64,000 nucleotides of DNA from Cellulosilyticaceae bacterium (GTDB taxonomy: Bacteria > Bacillota > Clostridia > Lachnospirales > Cellulosilyticaceae): contig JBOGBZ010000042.1 in NCBI GenBank assembly GCA_051656485.1, positions 12,568 through 76,567 on the forward strand. Reading direction: 5' to 3'. The notes beneath the pieces are model-generated. The model was not told where the DNA came from. It saw nothing but the letters and a program-made list of their open reading frames with translations, and ran no database searches. The translations under genes and the position numbers were made by a program. Below, piece by piece: positions 27,362-36,784 of the stretch; position 1 is the stretch's first letter, and each line of letters opens with the position of its first letter.

Positions 27362-28078
27362 CTATTTACACATTGTATAACCTGTGGTTATTAAGCACTC
27401 TTGCTTGTATGTGCTTGGTGCTGGTGGTGGGCATGGTAGCACTGGCGGTGGGCACATTGCCTCTGGTGGTGGGCATGGTAGCATCGGCGGTGGACACATT
27501 AACTCTGGTGGTGGGCATGGTAGCACTGGCGGTGGGCACATTGCCTCTGGCTGTGGGCATGGTAGCACTGGCGGTGGGCACATTGCCTCTGATTGTGGAC
27601 ATGCGGCTGTGCCACAGCCACATGGTTTGCTAGGCACTCTAACTGGTGGTTGTACTGGTGCACATGGTGAATAGCTTCCATTACATGTATTACAATTACC
27701 AGTTGTTGTATCTAGAATAACTTCCTTGCCCGTTGTTGCCTTATTAACAATAATTTTATAACAAGACAAATCATCAGCACATACATCAAATTGATAAAAT
27801 CCTTCACAGTTTGTGATTGTATGTGCAACACCAATGTACTCTTTTTTTCCTTTTATACAAACAACTTTTACAAGTTTTGCTAGAGCATTTGCAATAGGTT
27901 GCCCTTGGCAGTTAACAACTCTACCCCATACACGTTTTGCACTAATCTCATCTACAACCACATCTGCTCTTACTTCTGAACTTTGGCAAATATCTGGTGT
28001 GTTAAGATTAATATCTATAGAATTCCCTACTGTAACAGTCGATGTTTTGCATGAATTACTTCCATAATAATTACTCAT
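27362..28078 (-). CDS. Ig-like (carboxypeptidase-regulatory-like) domain protein with Pro/Cys repeat stalk
   Basis: 238 aa, AGGAGG RBS. Head RVWGRVVNCQGQPIANALAKLVKVV..TNCEGFYQFDV. Tail is 4.4 copies of EAMCPPPVLPCPxP. Confidence 0.7.
   Translation of the reverse strand: MSNYYGSNSCKTSTVTVGNSIDINLNTPDICQSSEVRADVVVDEISAKRVWGRVVNCQGQPIANALAKLVKVVCIKGKKEYIGVAHTITNCEGFYQFDVCADDLSCYKIIVNKATTGKEVILDTTTGNCNTCNGSYSPCAPVQPPVRVPSKPCGCGTAACPQSEAMCPPPVLPCPQPEAMCPPPVLPCPPPELMCPPPMLPCPPPEAMCPPPVLPCPPPAPSTYKQECLITTGYTMCK
27423..27610. repeat. In-frame 42-bp tandem repeat (~4.4 copies)
   Basis: Unit GGTGGTGGGCATGGTAGCACTGGCGGTGGGCACATTGCCTCT, repeated head-to-tail with a few substitutions. Encodes the 14-aa Pro/Cys unit on the minus strand. 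Confidence 0.9.
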
Positions 28079-28110
28079 TTCTTATACCTCCTGAATAATT
28101 TTTCACACTT

Positions 28111-28137
28111 TACTATATGTAATTCTCCTCTCCTTGT
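28111..28137 (-). promoter_or_regulatory. sigmaK-type promoter-like motif for 27362..28078
   Basis: Minus strand reads AC-N16-CATATAGTA, 33 nt upstream of the ATG. Confidence 0.45.
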
Positions 28138-28255
28138 TACACTATTTTGATAATCTTTCATTTTCTGGATATTTCCGCTCTATATATTGCCACATTTTAT
28201 TTTTCCATTATTATAGTAGCTTTTTAATTTTTTAACATTTTTTTCCTTTTTTGGA

Positions 28256-28282
28256 ACCTATACGCTATTCGTTCATATACTA
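28256..28282 (+). promoter_or_regulatory. sigmaK-type promoter-like motif for cassette 1
   Basis: AC-N16-CATATACTA, 42 nt upstream of ATG 28325. The -10 block is conserved in the paralogous region at 42636. Confidence 0.45.
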
Positions 28283-28324
28283 TCATTGAAAGTATCTTTC
28301 GTATCAATAAGGAGGTTTTTATCT

Positions 28325-28813
28325 ATGCCTAAATTTAATAGATCCCTCATTGAGTATGACGGGGTTTTATCTTATGAAAATGATATTTGTGCTGCCGCTG
28401 TTCCTTGTAGCTTTAAACAATTTAATATTGATATGGAACTTTGTGTACCTTGTCAGAAGCCTAGTATCGAACAAATCGTTAAAATAACAACTGAACCTTG
28501 TGTACTTAAACAAGTTATTATTCGTACACCATGTGGTACCTCTAGTGAAGGGGTTACTTTAACTGGCTATAAACTTTTAGTTATGGGTGAAGTTGGTATC
28601 AAAATTAAATATGTTGCTCTTGAGGCAGAGCAAAGTGTGCACACAGTACATGCAAACATTCCTTTCTGCTCTTCTGTCATTATGCCTTTAGAATTTACTA
28701 ATCTTAGTGCCGTTTCATCAAAAGTATATATTGAGGATGCCTACATCAATCAGCAAGATGAACGTTGTATGTTCGCCAATGTAACTTTGATGCTTGTTGC
28801 ACAATCCTGTTAG
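28325..28813 (+). CDS. Cassette 1, protein A: small SPOCS/DUF3794-like protein
   Basis: 162 aa from the ATG behind AGGAGG (the ORF-track TTG extension was rejected). Pattern LCVPCQKPSIEQIVKI..GYKLLVMGEVGIKIKYVA..VH..IPF..VYIED. About 80% identical to 42687..43175. Confidence 0.75.
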   Translation: MPKFNRSLIEYDGVLSYENDICAAAVPCSFKQFNIDMELCVPCQKPSIEQIVKITTEPCVLKQVIIRTPCGTSSEGVTLTGYKLLVMGEVGIKIKYVALEAEQSVHTVHANIPFCSSVIMPLEFTNLSAVSSKVYIEDAYINQQDERCMFANVTLMLVAQSC

Positions 28814-28825
28814 GAGGTAAGAACA

Positions 28826-29308
28826 ATGTTTAAATATGACTATTCACCATCTACTACTTTGCCTTGCTGTGCAGAGTATTTCAAAGAAGCTGTTATTCAA
28901 GAAATCATTACTCTCCCACAAGAAAAACCAGATATCGAACGTGTTCAAAAAATTATGGTATGGCCTGAAATAGAAGAAATGAAACTTATCCCTACGGAAA
29001 AAGGTGTTTCTAATGAAGGGCAAATCCTAACTGGTCTTAAGCTCCTTGTCAAACTTCGTCTTAAGCAAAAAATACTTTATGTAGCAGACCGTTGCACACA
29101 ATCTCTTCACGCTGCACATTTTGACAATATCACAAACTTATTTATTATCGTTCCTGAAACTATCAATTGTGAATCTACTTGCGCGCTTTTCGCTAAAGGT
29201 CAACTTCGTGTTGTTCCTTATGTTGAAACCGTTCAATTTAGAATGTTAGACGGACGTTGTATCCATAAGTGTGTTTCTGTATTTGTCAACATGGAAGTTA
29301 TGAAATAG
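28826..29308 (+). CDS. Cassette 1, protein B: small SPOCS/DUF3794-like protein
   Basis: 160 aa, TAGGAGG RBS, 12 nt after A. LPQEKPDIERVQKIMV..GLKLLVKLRLKQKILYVA..LHAAHF. Confidence 0.75.
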   Translation: MFKYDYSPSTTLPCCAEYFKEAVIQEIITLPQEKPDIERVQKIMVWPEIEEMKLIPTEKGVSNEGQILTGLKLLVKLRLKQKILYVADRCTQSLHAAHFDNITNLFIIVPETINCESTCALFAKGQLRVVPYVETVQFRMLDGRCIHKCVSVFVNMEVMK

Positions 29309-29328
29309 AAAGAAAGGTGGCTAAAAAA

Positions 29329-30513
29329 ATGATTATCACTAAAACTTCGAACGTATCTGAAGCTGTCGTTGGCGATATTATCACTTACACACTTGATATC
29401 GCAAACAATGATACCTTTGATTATACTGACGTCCTCATTAAAGACTTATTAACACCTGAACTTGACTTTGTTGAAGGTAGTGTCGTTGTTATGGGTGTAC
29501 CAAATCCAACTGCTAGTATTCTAACAGGTATTGATATTGGTGCCCTTCCTGCTGGTGCTACTAGCAAAGTTACTTTCAATGCAAAAATAATTGCTAAACC
29601 TGGCACCAATCCACTTACAAATACCAGCACTGGCTATTTCAAATATTTAAATGCTTCAGGTCAGACAGTTATTGATACTGTAACTAGTAATCCTAACCAA
29701 ATAGATGTTTACTCAGCAGACGTTGTCGTTACAAAAACTGCTGATAAGACAGTTGCATCTTTTGGTTCTATCATTACCTATACTGTAGTTGTACAGAATA
29801 CCGGTGATTTAGATGCTTATTCTGTAAGTTTCAAAGATATGCTACCTAGCTGCCTTGCCTTTATTGCTGATAGTTTTACACTCAATGGTGTTTCTGTTAT
29901 TGATGTCAACCTTGCTCAAGGCGTAGATTTAGGTACAATTCCTGCTGGTGGTTCTGTAACACTTACTTATCAAGGAAAACTTACAAGTGGTACCGGTTGT
30001 GAAATTTGTAATGGTGCCTATGTAGAATATGAGTATGTGCAACCAAATGGTGTAACAGGTACCAAGACATCTAATGTATCAACTATTTGTGTGGAATCTC
30101 GCGTATCCTTCAAGCAACTTATGTTAGACAAATATTGTGAAGTACCATGTGTTAAGCCAAGTATCGAAGATCTTAACGATGAAGTATCTGTAGATATCGA
30201 AATTGTTAATTCTTATCCTATCCAAACATCAATAGGTACGTCTACAAGTGGCCAAACTTTAACCGGCTACAAACTTATCGTTCATGGTAATATTTGTATC
30301 AGTATCGAGTATACTGCAGCACTTGAGTCACAACCTGTTCACTCTTATCATTGTACACTTCCATTTGGTACTTTTATCATCCTTCCACCTGATTACCAAT
30401 TAGGCCAACAAGTTGAAGTAAATGCTATCATTGAAAATGTAGAAGCCGATATGGTAAGCCCACGTGGCGTATTCACAAATATCACCTTACTCTTAGTTGC
30501 TAGATTACGCTAA
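29329..30513 (+). CDS. Cassette 1, protein C: 2x DUF11 repeat + C-terminal SPOCS-like domain
   Basis: 394 aa from the ATG behind AAGGTGG. DUF11 signatures VGDIITYTLDIANN and FGSIITYTVVVQNTGDLDA. C-terminus VPCVKPSIEDL..GYKLIVHGNICISIEYTA..LPFG. Confidence 0.75.
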   Translation: MIITKTSNVSEAVVGDIITYTLDIANNDTFDYTDVLIKDLLTPELDFVEGSVVVMGVPNPTASILTGIDIGALPAGATSKVTFNAKIIAKPGTNPLTNTSTGYFKYLNASGQTVIDTVTSNPNQIDVYSADVVVTKTADKTVASFGSIITYTVVVQNTGDLDAYSVSFKDMLPSCLAFIADSFTLNGVSVIDVNLAQGVDLGTIPAGGSVTLTYQGKLTSGTGCEICNGAYVEYEYVQPNGVTGTKTSNVSTICVESRVSFKQLMLDKYCEVPCVKPSIEDLNDEVSVDIEIVNSYPIQTSIGTSTSGQTLTGYKLIVHGNICISIEYTAALESQPVHSYHCTLPFGTFIILPPDYQLGQQVEVNAIIENVEADMVSPRGVFTNITLLLVARLR

Positions 30514-30529
30514 AGTAATCAGACAAACA

Positions 30530-30558
30530 AAAAGCTAGGATAGCTCTCCTAGCTTTTT
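30530..30558. terminator. Bidirectional rho-independent terminator
   Basis: AAAAGCTAGGA-TAGCTC-TCCTAGCTTTT, between convergent cassettes 1 and 2. Confidence 0.8.
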
Positions 30559-30567
30559 ATTTATTCC

Positions 30568-31755
30568 TTATACCAATACCATGGCCTTCAAAATCAATGC
30601 TATATTTATATAGAAGTTTCTTGCATCAATCATAGAATAACTAGCCTTTTCTATTGTTCCAATAACTTCTACTCTATATCCCTCTCTATAATCAACTGGC
30701 AATACGACAAATGCTCCAAATGGTATCTCACAGTACACTGCATAGGTGTCTTGTGTTATCGTTAGACCTGTATAGGTTACCATAGCCTTGATCACACCAT
30801 TGACTACTGCTTTATTGCCCGTTAAAATCTGCCCCTCATTAGAGACCCCTGATGCAGTTGGTACAACATAAGAATCTAGTATCTCCACCGATGCATTAAT
30901 TCCAGTTATATCTTCTATATCTGGTTTTTGACTTGGTACGCTAAAACTTGAATCTAAAATGATTTGTTTAAAGCTTGCAACCCCTATATAAATTTTGACT
31001 ACATTAGACTCCCACATTTTTGTAACAGTACAATTACTTCCCTGTGCGTAATTACCTGTAACAGTAGCTATATTCCCTATACATCCACTGACAGACCCAC
31101 CTATTACTTTTACACCAAAACTAATAATAGCTGAACTTCCACTTGTTAAACTCGGAATGCCAATCCCTTGTGTGATGTCTCCATTCACAACAAGTTGATT
31201 GTTCATCGTCAAAGTTTCCGGCATAAGTACAAGAGCTGGATTAAGCATATCCTTAACAAGCAAATTACTTACATCTACATCCCCTTGATTTGTAATGGTA
31301 ATCGTAAAATAAAATACATCTCCTAATTTTACCGCTGTCTTACTAGAAGCCTTTGTAATACTTAGCGCTGACTCCATAACCACTAGTGCTGCACCCTCAC
31401 TAGTGACTGTCTTACACTGTGGATAAAGCATCCCCTCTGTTTGATAACTATAGTTTCCAGTTGCTATATTTGTAATAGTTCCATCACCTTTTTGTAGAAC
31501 ATCTGCCTCAAATCTTATAGATGCCATACCTCCTCCTGGAATGGTTCCTATAGGAATACCACTTCCAAGATTGCCTGGATAAATACTTCCATTTACATAT
31601 AAACTGCCATCTACAAGCTTCAGCTCCGGTGGTAATGTATCTGCAATGTTTACGTTATTAATAGTAAAGGCATCATTATTTATTACTTGAAGTGTATAAG
31701 TTACGCGATCGCCTACTTCTACTACTTGCTTATTAGCTAATTTATTAATTAACAT
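30568..31755 (-). CDS. Cassette 2, protein C: 2x DUF11 + C-terminal SPOCS-like domain
   Basis: 395 aa. VGDRVTYTLQVINN and LGDVFYFTITITNQGDVDV. C-terminus VPSQKPDIEDI..GNKAVVNGVIKAMVTYTG..IPFG. Confidence 0.75.
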   Translation of the reverse strand: MLINKLANKQVVEVGDRVTYTLQVINNDAFTINNVNIADTLPPELKLVDGSLYVNGSIYPGNLGSGIPIGTIPGGGMASIRFEADVLQKGDGTITNIATGNYSYQTEGMLYPQCKTVTSEGAALVVMESALSITKASSKTAVKLGDVFYFTITITNQGDVDVSNLLVKDMLNPALVLMPETLTMNNQLVVNGDITQGIGIPSLTSGSSAIISFGVKVIGGSVSGCIGNIATVTGNYAQGSNCTVTKMWESNVVKIYIGVASFKQIILDSSFSVPSQKPDIEDITGINASVEILDSYVVPTASGVSNEGQILTGNKAVVNGVIKAMVTYTGLTITQDTYAVYCEIPFGAFVVLPVDYREGYRVEVIGTIEKASYSMIDARNFYINIALILKAMVLV

Positions 31756-31779
31756 ATGGCTCTCTTCCCTCCTATCTTT

Positions 31780-32253
31780 TTAAATCATTACCATATCCAA
31801 GAAAATAGCTACACACTTTTGAATTGTTCTACAATCTATTACACGTGCATGAACTTTTTCAATATATGGCTTCACTTGAATTCTTCCACCTGTTACTAAA
31901 TCACATATACTTATGCCTCCTATTTCTGCTGGAGGGACAATATAAAGCACCTTTGTTACTTCGAAATGTGCACCTTGTACTGGCTGTGTTGGTTGACATC
32001 CTACATACAGTATCTTTTCTCTTAAAAGTACTTCTACAAGAAGTTTATATCCCGTTAAATTCTGTCCCTCATTGGATGTTCCCGCTTCTGTGTTTATAAG
32101 CTGTATATTGGTGACTATTGGATCTACCATCACATCTACAATTCGCTCAATATCCAGCATATTCGTATCTAGTACGAGTATTTCCATAATTGTTTCTTCT
32201 TTGAAATATTTTGGGTTTGTGGGAAATTTACTTCCACTCACATTATATGCCAC
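31780..32253 (-). CDS. Cassette 2, protein B: small SPOCS-like protein
   Basis: 157 aa, GTG start behind AAGGAGGAGG. GYKLLVEVLLREKILYVG..QGAHFE. Collinear with the other B proteins. Confidence 0.7.
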   Translation of the reverse strand: MAYNVSGSKFPTNPKYFKEETIMEILVLDTNMLDIERIVDVMVDPIVTNIQLINTEAGTSNEGQNLTGYKLLVEVLLREKILYVGCQPTQPVQGAHFEVTKVLYIVPPAEIGGISICDLVTGGRIQVKPYIEKVHARVIDCRTIQKCVAIFLDMVMI

Positions 32254-32268
32254 TCTGATTCCTCCTCC

Positions 32269-32742
32269 TTAATTTCTCGCAGTAAATAGTGCCATTACAT
32301 TATAGAAAAAGCATCTGCAATTCATTGCATTGACATGAATGTCTTCTATAAATACTTGAGGTTTTCCATAAAATTGTGCACTATAACTTTTCGGTAAAAC
32401 AATATACTCACAAAGTGGTACAACAAAATGTGCTGTATGAACAGTTCTAGTCTCATCACATGCAACATACTGAATCTTTAACTTGAGTTCTCCTACCATC
32501 ATTAGCTTGCATCCCGTTAGTTGCTGCCCTTCTATTGATGTACCTATAGGTGTTGCAACTGTCTCATAGTGTTGAACATTGACTGCTGCCCATACTTTTA
32601 CCATTTGCTCCATATCAGGCTTACATGCTGGAATACATAGAATTCCCTGCAAGTTGCTTTGCTTATAGTCTTTTTTGGTGGTACAAAGTGGTATACCACT
32701 TATCCCCTCATACTGAATAAGATCTCTCATTTTGCTACTCAT
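32269..32742 (-). CDS. Cassette 2, protein A: small SPOCS-like protein
   Basis: 157 aa from ATG 32742. LIQYEGISG..IPACKPDMEQMVKV..GCKLMMVGELKLKIQYVA..VH. Confidence 0.7.
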   Translation of the reverse strand: MSSKMRDLIQYEGISGIPLCTTKKDYKQSNLQGILCIPACKPDMEQMVKVWAAVNVQHYETVATPIGTSIEGQQLTGCKLMMVGELKLKIQYVACDETRTVHTAHFVVPLCEYIVLPKSYSAQFYGKPQVFIEDIHVNAMNCRCFFYNVMALFTARN

Positions 32743-32782
32743 CTGACTATTTTCCCCCTTTTTCCACAAATTTCTTTCCTTA

Positions 32783-32810
32783 TATCATATGCTAATTTTC
32801 CCCATTAAGT
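32783..32810 (-). promoter_or_regulatory. sigmaK-type promoter-like motif for cassette 2
   Basis: Minus strand reads AC-N17-CATATGATA, 41 nt upstream of ATG 32742. Confidence 0.4.
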
Positions 32811-33082
32811 GTATCCTCTTATAGCATAATACTGAATTTTAAAAATTCTTTCCTCCTTTTCTGTAGTTCTAATATCAATTATACCTCTTTATTATTTTAT
32901 TCTTGTAGTTACTGTAAGTTACATTTTTTTATATTTTTCTTCTTTTTGTTTCTTATTTGTCGTATTTATCTTCAACCCACTTTTTAACACTTCATCTGCA
33001 GCAATTCACATTTTAGTCATTTCTCCCACATCCTCATCATACATATATAAAGACTATCTTTCTCCCCTTTAGGAGGTTATTT

Positions 33083-34171
33083 ATGCATAAATATAAAGTA
33101 TGCGTCTATGCTATTTGTAAAAATGAAGAAAAATTTATTGATCGCTGGCTAGACTCTATGAATGAAGCTGACTATATCGTGGTCTGTGATACCGGTTCTA
33201 CGGATAATAGTATTGAGATGCTTAAAGCAAAAGGTGTAGCTACCTATACGATTGACATTACCCCTTGGCGCTTTGATGAGGCCCGTAACAAGTGTATCGA
33301 TTACATCCCTGAAGATGTGGATATCTGTATTAGCACTGATTTAGATGAAGTATTCGATCCAGGGTGGCGGGATCTACTAGAAGAGTACTGGCAACCCCAG
33401 ACCAAAGTTATGCGCTATACTTTTGTGTGGCAGCTAGATAGTGATGGCACCCCACGCAAGACTTCTACAGCTCAGAAAATCCATGCTCGCCATGGCTTTA
33501 AATGGATCTATCCTGTTCATGAAATTTTAGATTATTCAGGTACTGACCCACTCATCTATACAGATACACCCGCCCTTCGTATTACCCATTTACAAGATCA
33601 TACCAAGTCTCGCACCCAGTACTTAACACTCCTTGAGTTATCAGCTAAACTTTTCCCTACCTATGATCGTAATATTCATTATTTAGGTCGTGAATACATG
33701 TATTATGGCAAATATGAAGCGTGTATCCAGACACTCAAAAATCATCTCACACTTCCTAATGCCCGATGGCTTGATGAACGATGTGCTTCTATGCGCTATA
33801 TTGGTCAATCTTATATGAACTTAGGTCTATTTGATGAAGCAAAAATTTGGCTGTATCGTGCTATTGCTGAAGCCCCTCATACGCGTGAGCCTTATCTGGC
33901 CATGGTTACACTTGCCTATCATCAACAAGATTGGCCTACTGTATATCATATGGTTGAAGAAGCACTTGCTATTTCAAGTCCAACAGGCTCTTATCTGGAT
34001 GATCCTGGTTGTTGGGGTTATCTCTTCTATGATTATGGTGCAATTAGCTGTTTTCATTTAGGTATGGGCGACAAAGCCATAGCTTTTGCCCATCAGGCGC
34101 TCACCTTTGCGCCTGATGATGAACGATTGCAAGACAATCTTAACCTTTGCCGTGCTCGTTATAAGCAATAA
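33083..34171 (+). CDS. GT-A-like glycosyltransferase fused to C-terminal TPR repeats
   Basis: 362 aa, TAGGAGG RBS. VCVYAICKNEEKFIDRWLDSMNEADYIVVCDTGSTDNS..WRFDEARN..TDLDE, then a TPR-like helical half. Confidence 0.7.
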   Translation: MHKYKVCVYAICKNEEKFIDRWLDSMNEADYIVVCDTGSTDNSIEMLKAKGVATYTIDITPWRFDEARNKCIDYIPEDVDICISTDLDEVFDPGWRDLLEEYWQPQTKVMRYTFVWQLDSDGTPRKTSTAQKIHARHGFKWIYPVHEILDYSGTDPLIYTDTPALRITHLQDHTKSRTQYLTLLELSAKLFPTYDRNIHYLGREYMYYGKYEACIQTLKNHLTLPNARWLDERCASMRYIGQSYMNLGLFDEAKIWLYRAIAEAPHTREPYLAMVTLAYHQQDWPTVYHMVEEALAISSPTGSYLDDPGCWGYLFYDYGAISCFHLGMGDKAIAFAHQALTFAPDDERLQDNLNLCRARYKQ

Positions 34172-34209
34172 AGATAAAGAGAGGTGCACGTGCACCTCTC
34201 TTTATCTTT
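34170..34209. terminator. Bidirectional terminator (perfect 40-bp palindrome)
   Basis: AAAGATAAAGAGAGGTGCAC/GTGCACCTCTCTTTATCTTT, between convergent genes. Confidence 0.8.
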
Positions 34210-34213
34210 GAGT

Positions 34214-35068
34214 TTAGCGTACTTTTTTCACCAACAACTCCCTCAATTGATTGGGTTTATTTTTACTAATCAGCTTACCTTCTGTCTCCATCTTCTTAAG
34301 TCTATATTCTAACCATAATCTGCTTACCACATTGTTATTTTCCTGCCTTATGTTATCCATTGTTATTCTTAAGATACTTTCTGTTTTTTGATAATTTTGA
34401 GTACTTATTACTTTTAGTAACTGCTCATCATAATAGTCTTCTTCCAATTCTCTTACTTGCCCTTGGTACAAATCTCGGAGTATTCCTTTTCCTTGTTTGA
34501 GTTGTTCCCACTCGCTAATCAACTGCTGCTTTCTTTCTTGTGTCATAGGTTTTATGTTTTTAAAAACTTCATAAATCTGTGCGGGTTCACATTCTGCTAA
34601 TGTCAGCGCCCCCTTGCTTTCATTTTCTAGCCCATTCATCCACTCAGAGGCTATATCGGCTTCATAGAGTTCATACTCACGGTATTGGCTTGCTAAATAG
34701 CGAACCATCATATAATCTCGGATATTGTCCCCATACCATAAAATGAGCTTTTCTTCTGCCCCTATCTCCTCCCATGGAAAGAAAAGATTCTCTACAGCCT
34801 TATCGACTGGAAACTGCCAATCTGTCCCTCTTATAGTAACTACTTCTTTAAACCATTGTTTTCTTTCACTTATCTGTGTTTCATATGCCCCGATAGGTCC
34901 TATACTTAAGTTATCTGTAAACTCTCTGACATCTATTGGCTGTGGTTTTATCATAGCTGTTTCCTGTTTATTCTCAAACCCTTTCTCTTTTCTATCATAC
35001 AAGCTAGAAGCTTGTAATATATGACCAATAGCTAAATTTCGTGAAATTAGGTGAATATAATTTTCCAT
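34214..35068 (-). CDS. DUF1835/DUF3658-like protein, unknown function
   Basis: 284 aa, GGGAGGAAG RBS. LILWYGDN..Y and the C-terminal ..LR.L..G.V.E..EDYYDEQLL pattern recall DUF1835+DUF3658 proteins. Assignment is tentative. Confidence 0.45.
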   Translation of the reverse strand: MENYIHLISRNLAIGHILQASSLYDRKEKGFENKQETAMIKPQPIDVREFTDNLSIGPIGAYETQISERKQWFKEVVTIRGTDWQFPVDKAVENLFFPWEEIGAEEKLILWYGDNIRDYMMVRYLASQYREYELYEADIASEWMNGLENESKGALTLAECEPAQIYEVFKNIKPMTQERKQQLISEWEQLKQGKGILRDLYQGQVRELEEDYYDEQLLKVISTQNYQKTESILRITMDNIRQENNNVVSRLWLEYRLKKMETEGKLISKNKPNQLRELLVKKVR

Positions 35069-35220
35069 GCTACTTCCTCCCTTATGCTTTTATTTGAATA
35101 CTCCTAATATCTCTTTCTATTTATATGCTTTGATGGCTTTTCCTTATACAGAAATAATTGCGCATATACTCAACAAAAAATGCCCGAATCCTATCTAAAT
35201 TCAGGCATCTTTTCATTGTC

Positions 35221-36738
<1,518 letters not shown>

Positions 36739-36784
36739 AATAAGGTTCCCCTCCTCACTTAATCTTTAACTCTCGTCTATCCTC

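Noticed and set aside
27373-27674. Antisense and shifted-frame ORFs across the Pro/Cys repeat stalks (27373..27633, 27384..27674, 27366..27623, 41204..41416, 41227..41445, 41200..41517).
   Set aside because: They arise from the same low-complexity tandem repeats and have no independent start context. The frame that continues into the conserved Ig-like or C1q-like domains is the real one.
25392-28078. Glycocin/RiPP-type biosynthetic cluster (SunS-like GT next to small Cys-rich ORFs).
   Set aside because: There is no leader peptide with a double-Gly motif, no C39-peptidase ABC transporter, no thiol-disulfide oxidoreductase and no immunity gene. The Cys-rich neighbours are 200-280-aa multidomain structural proteins.
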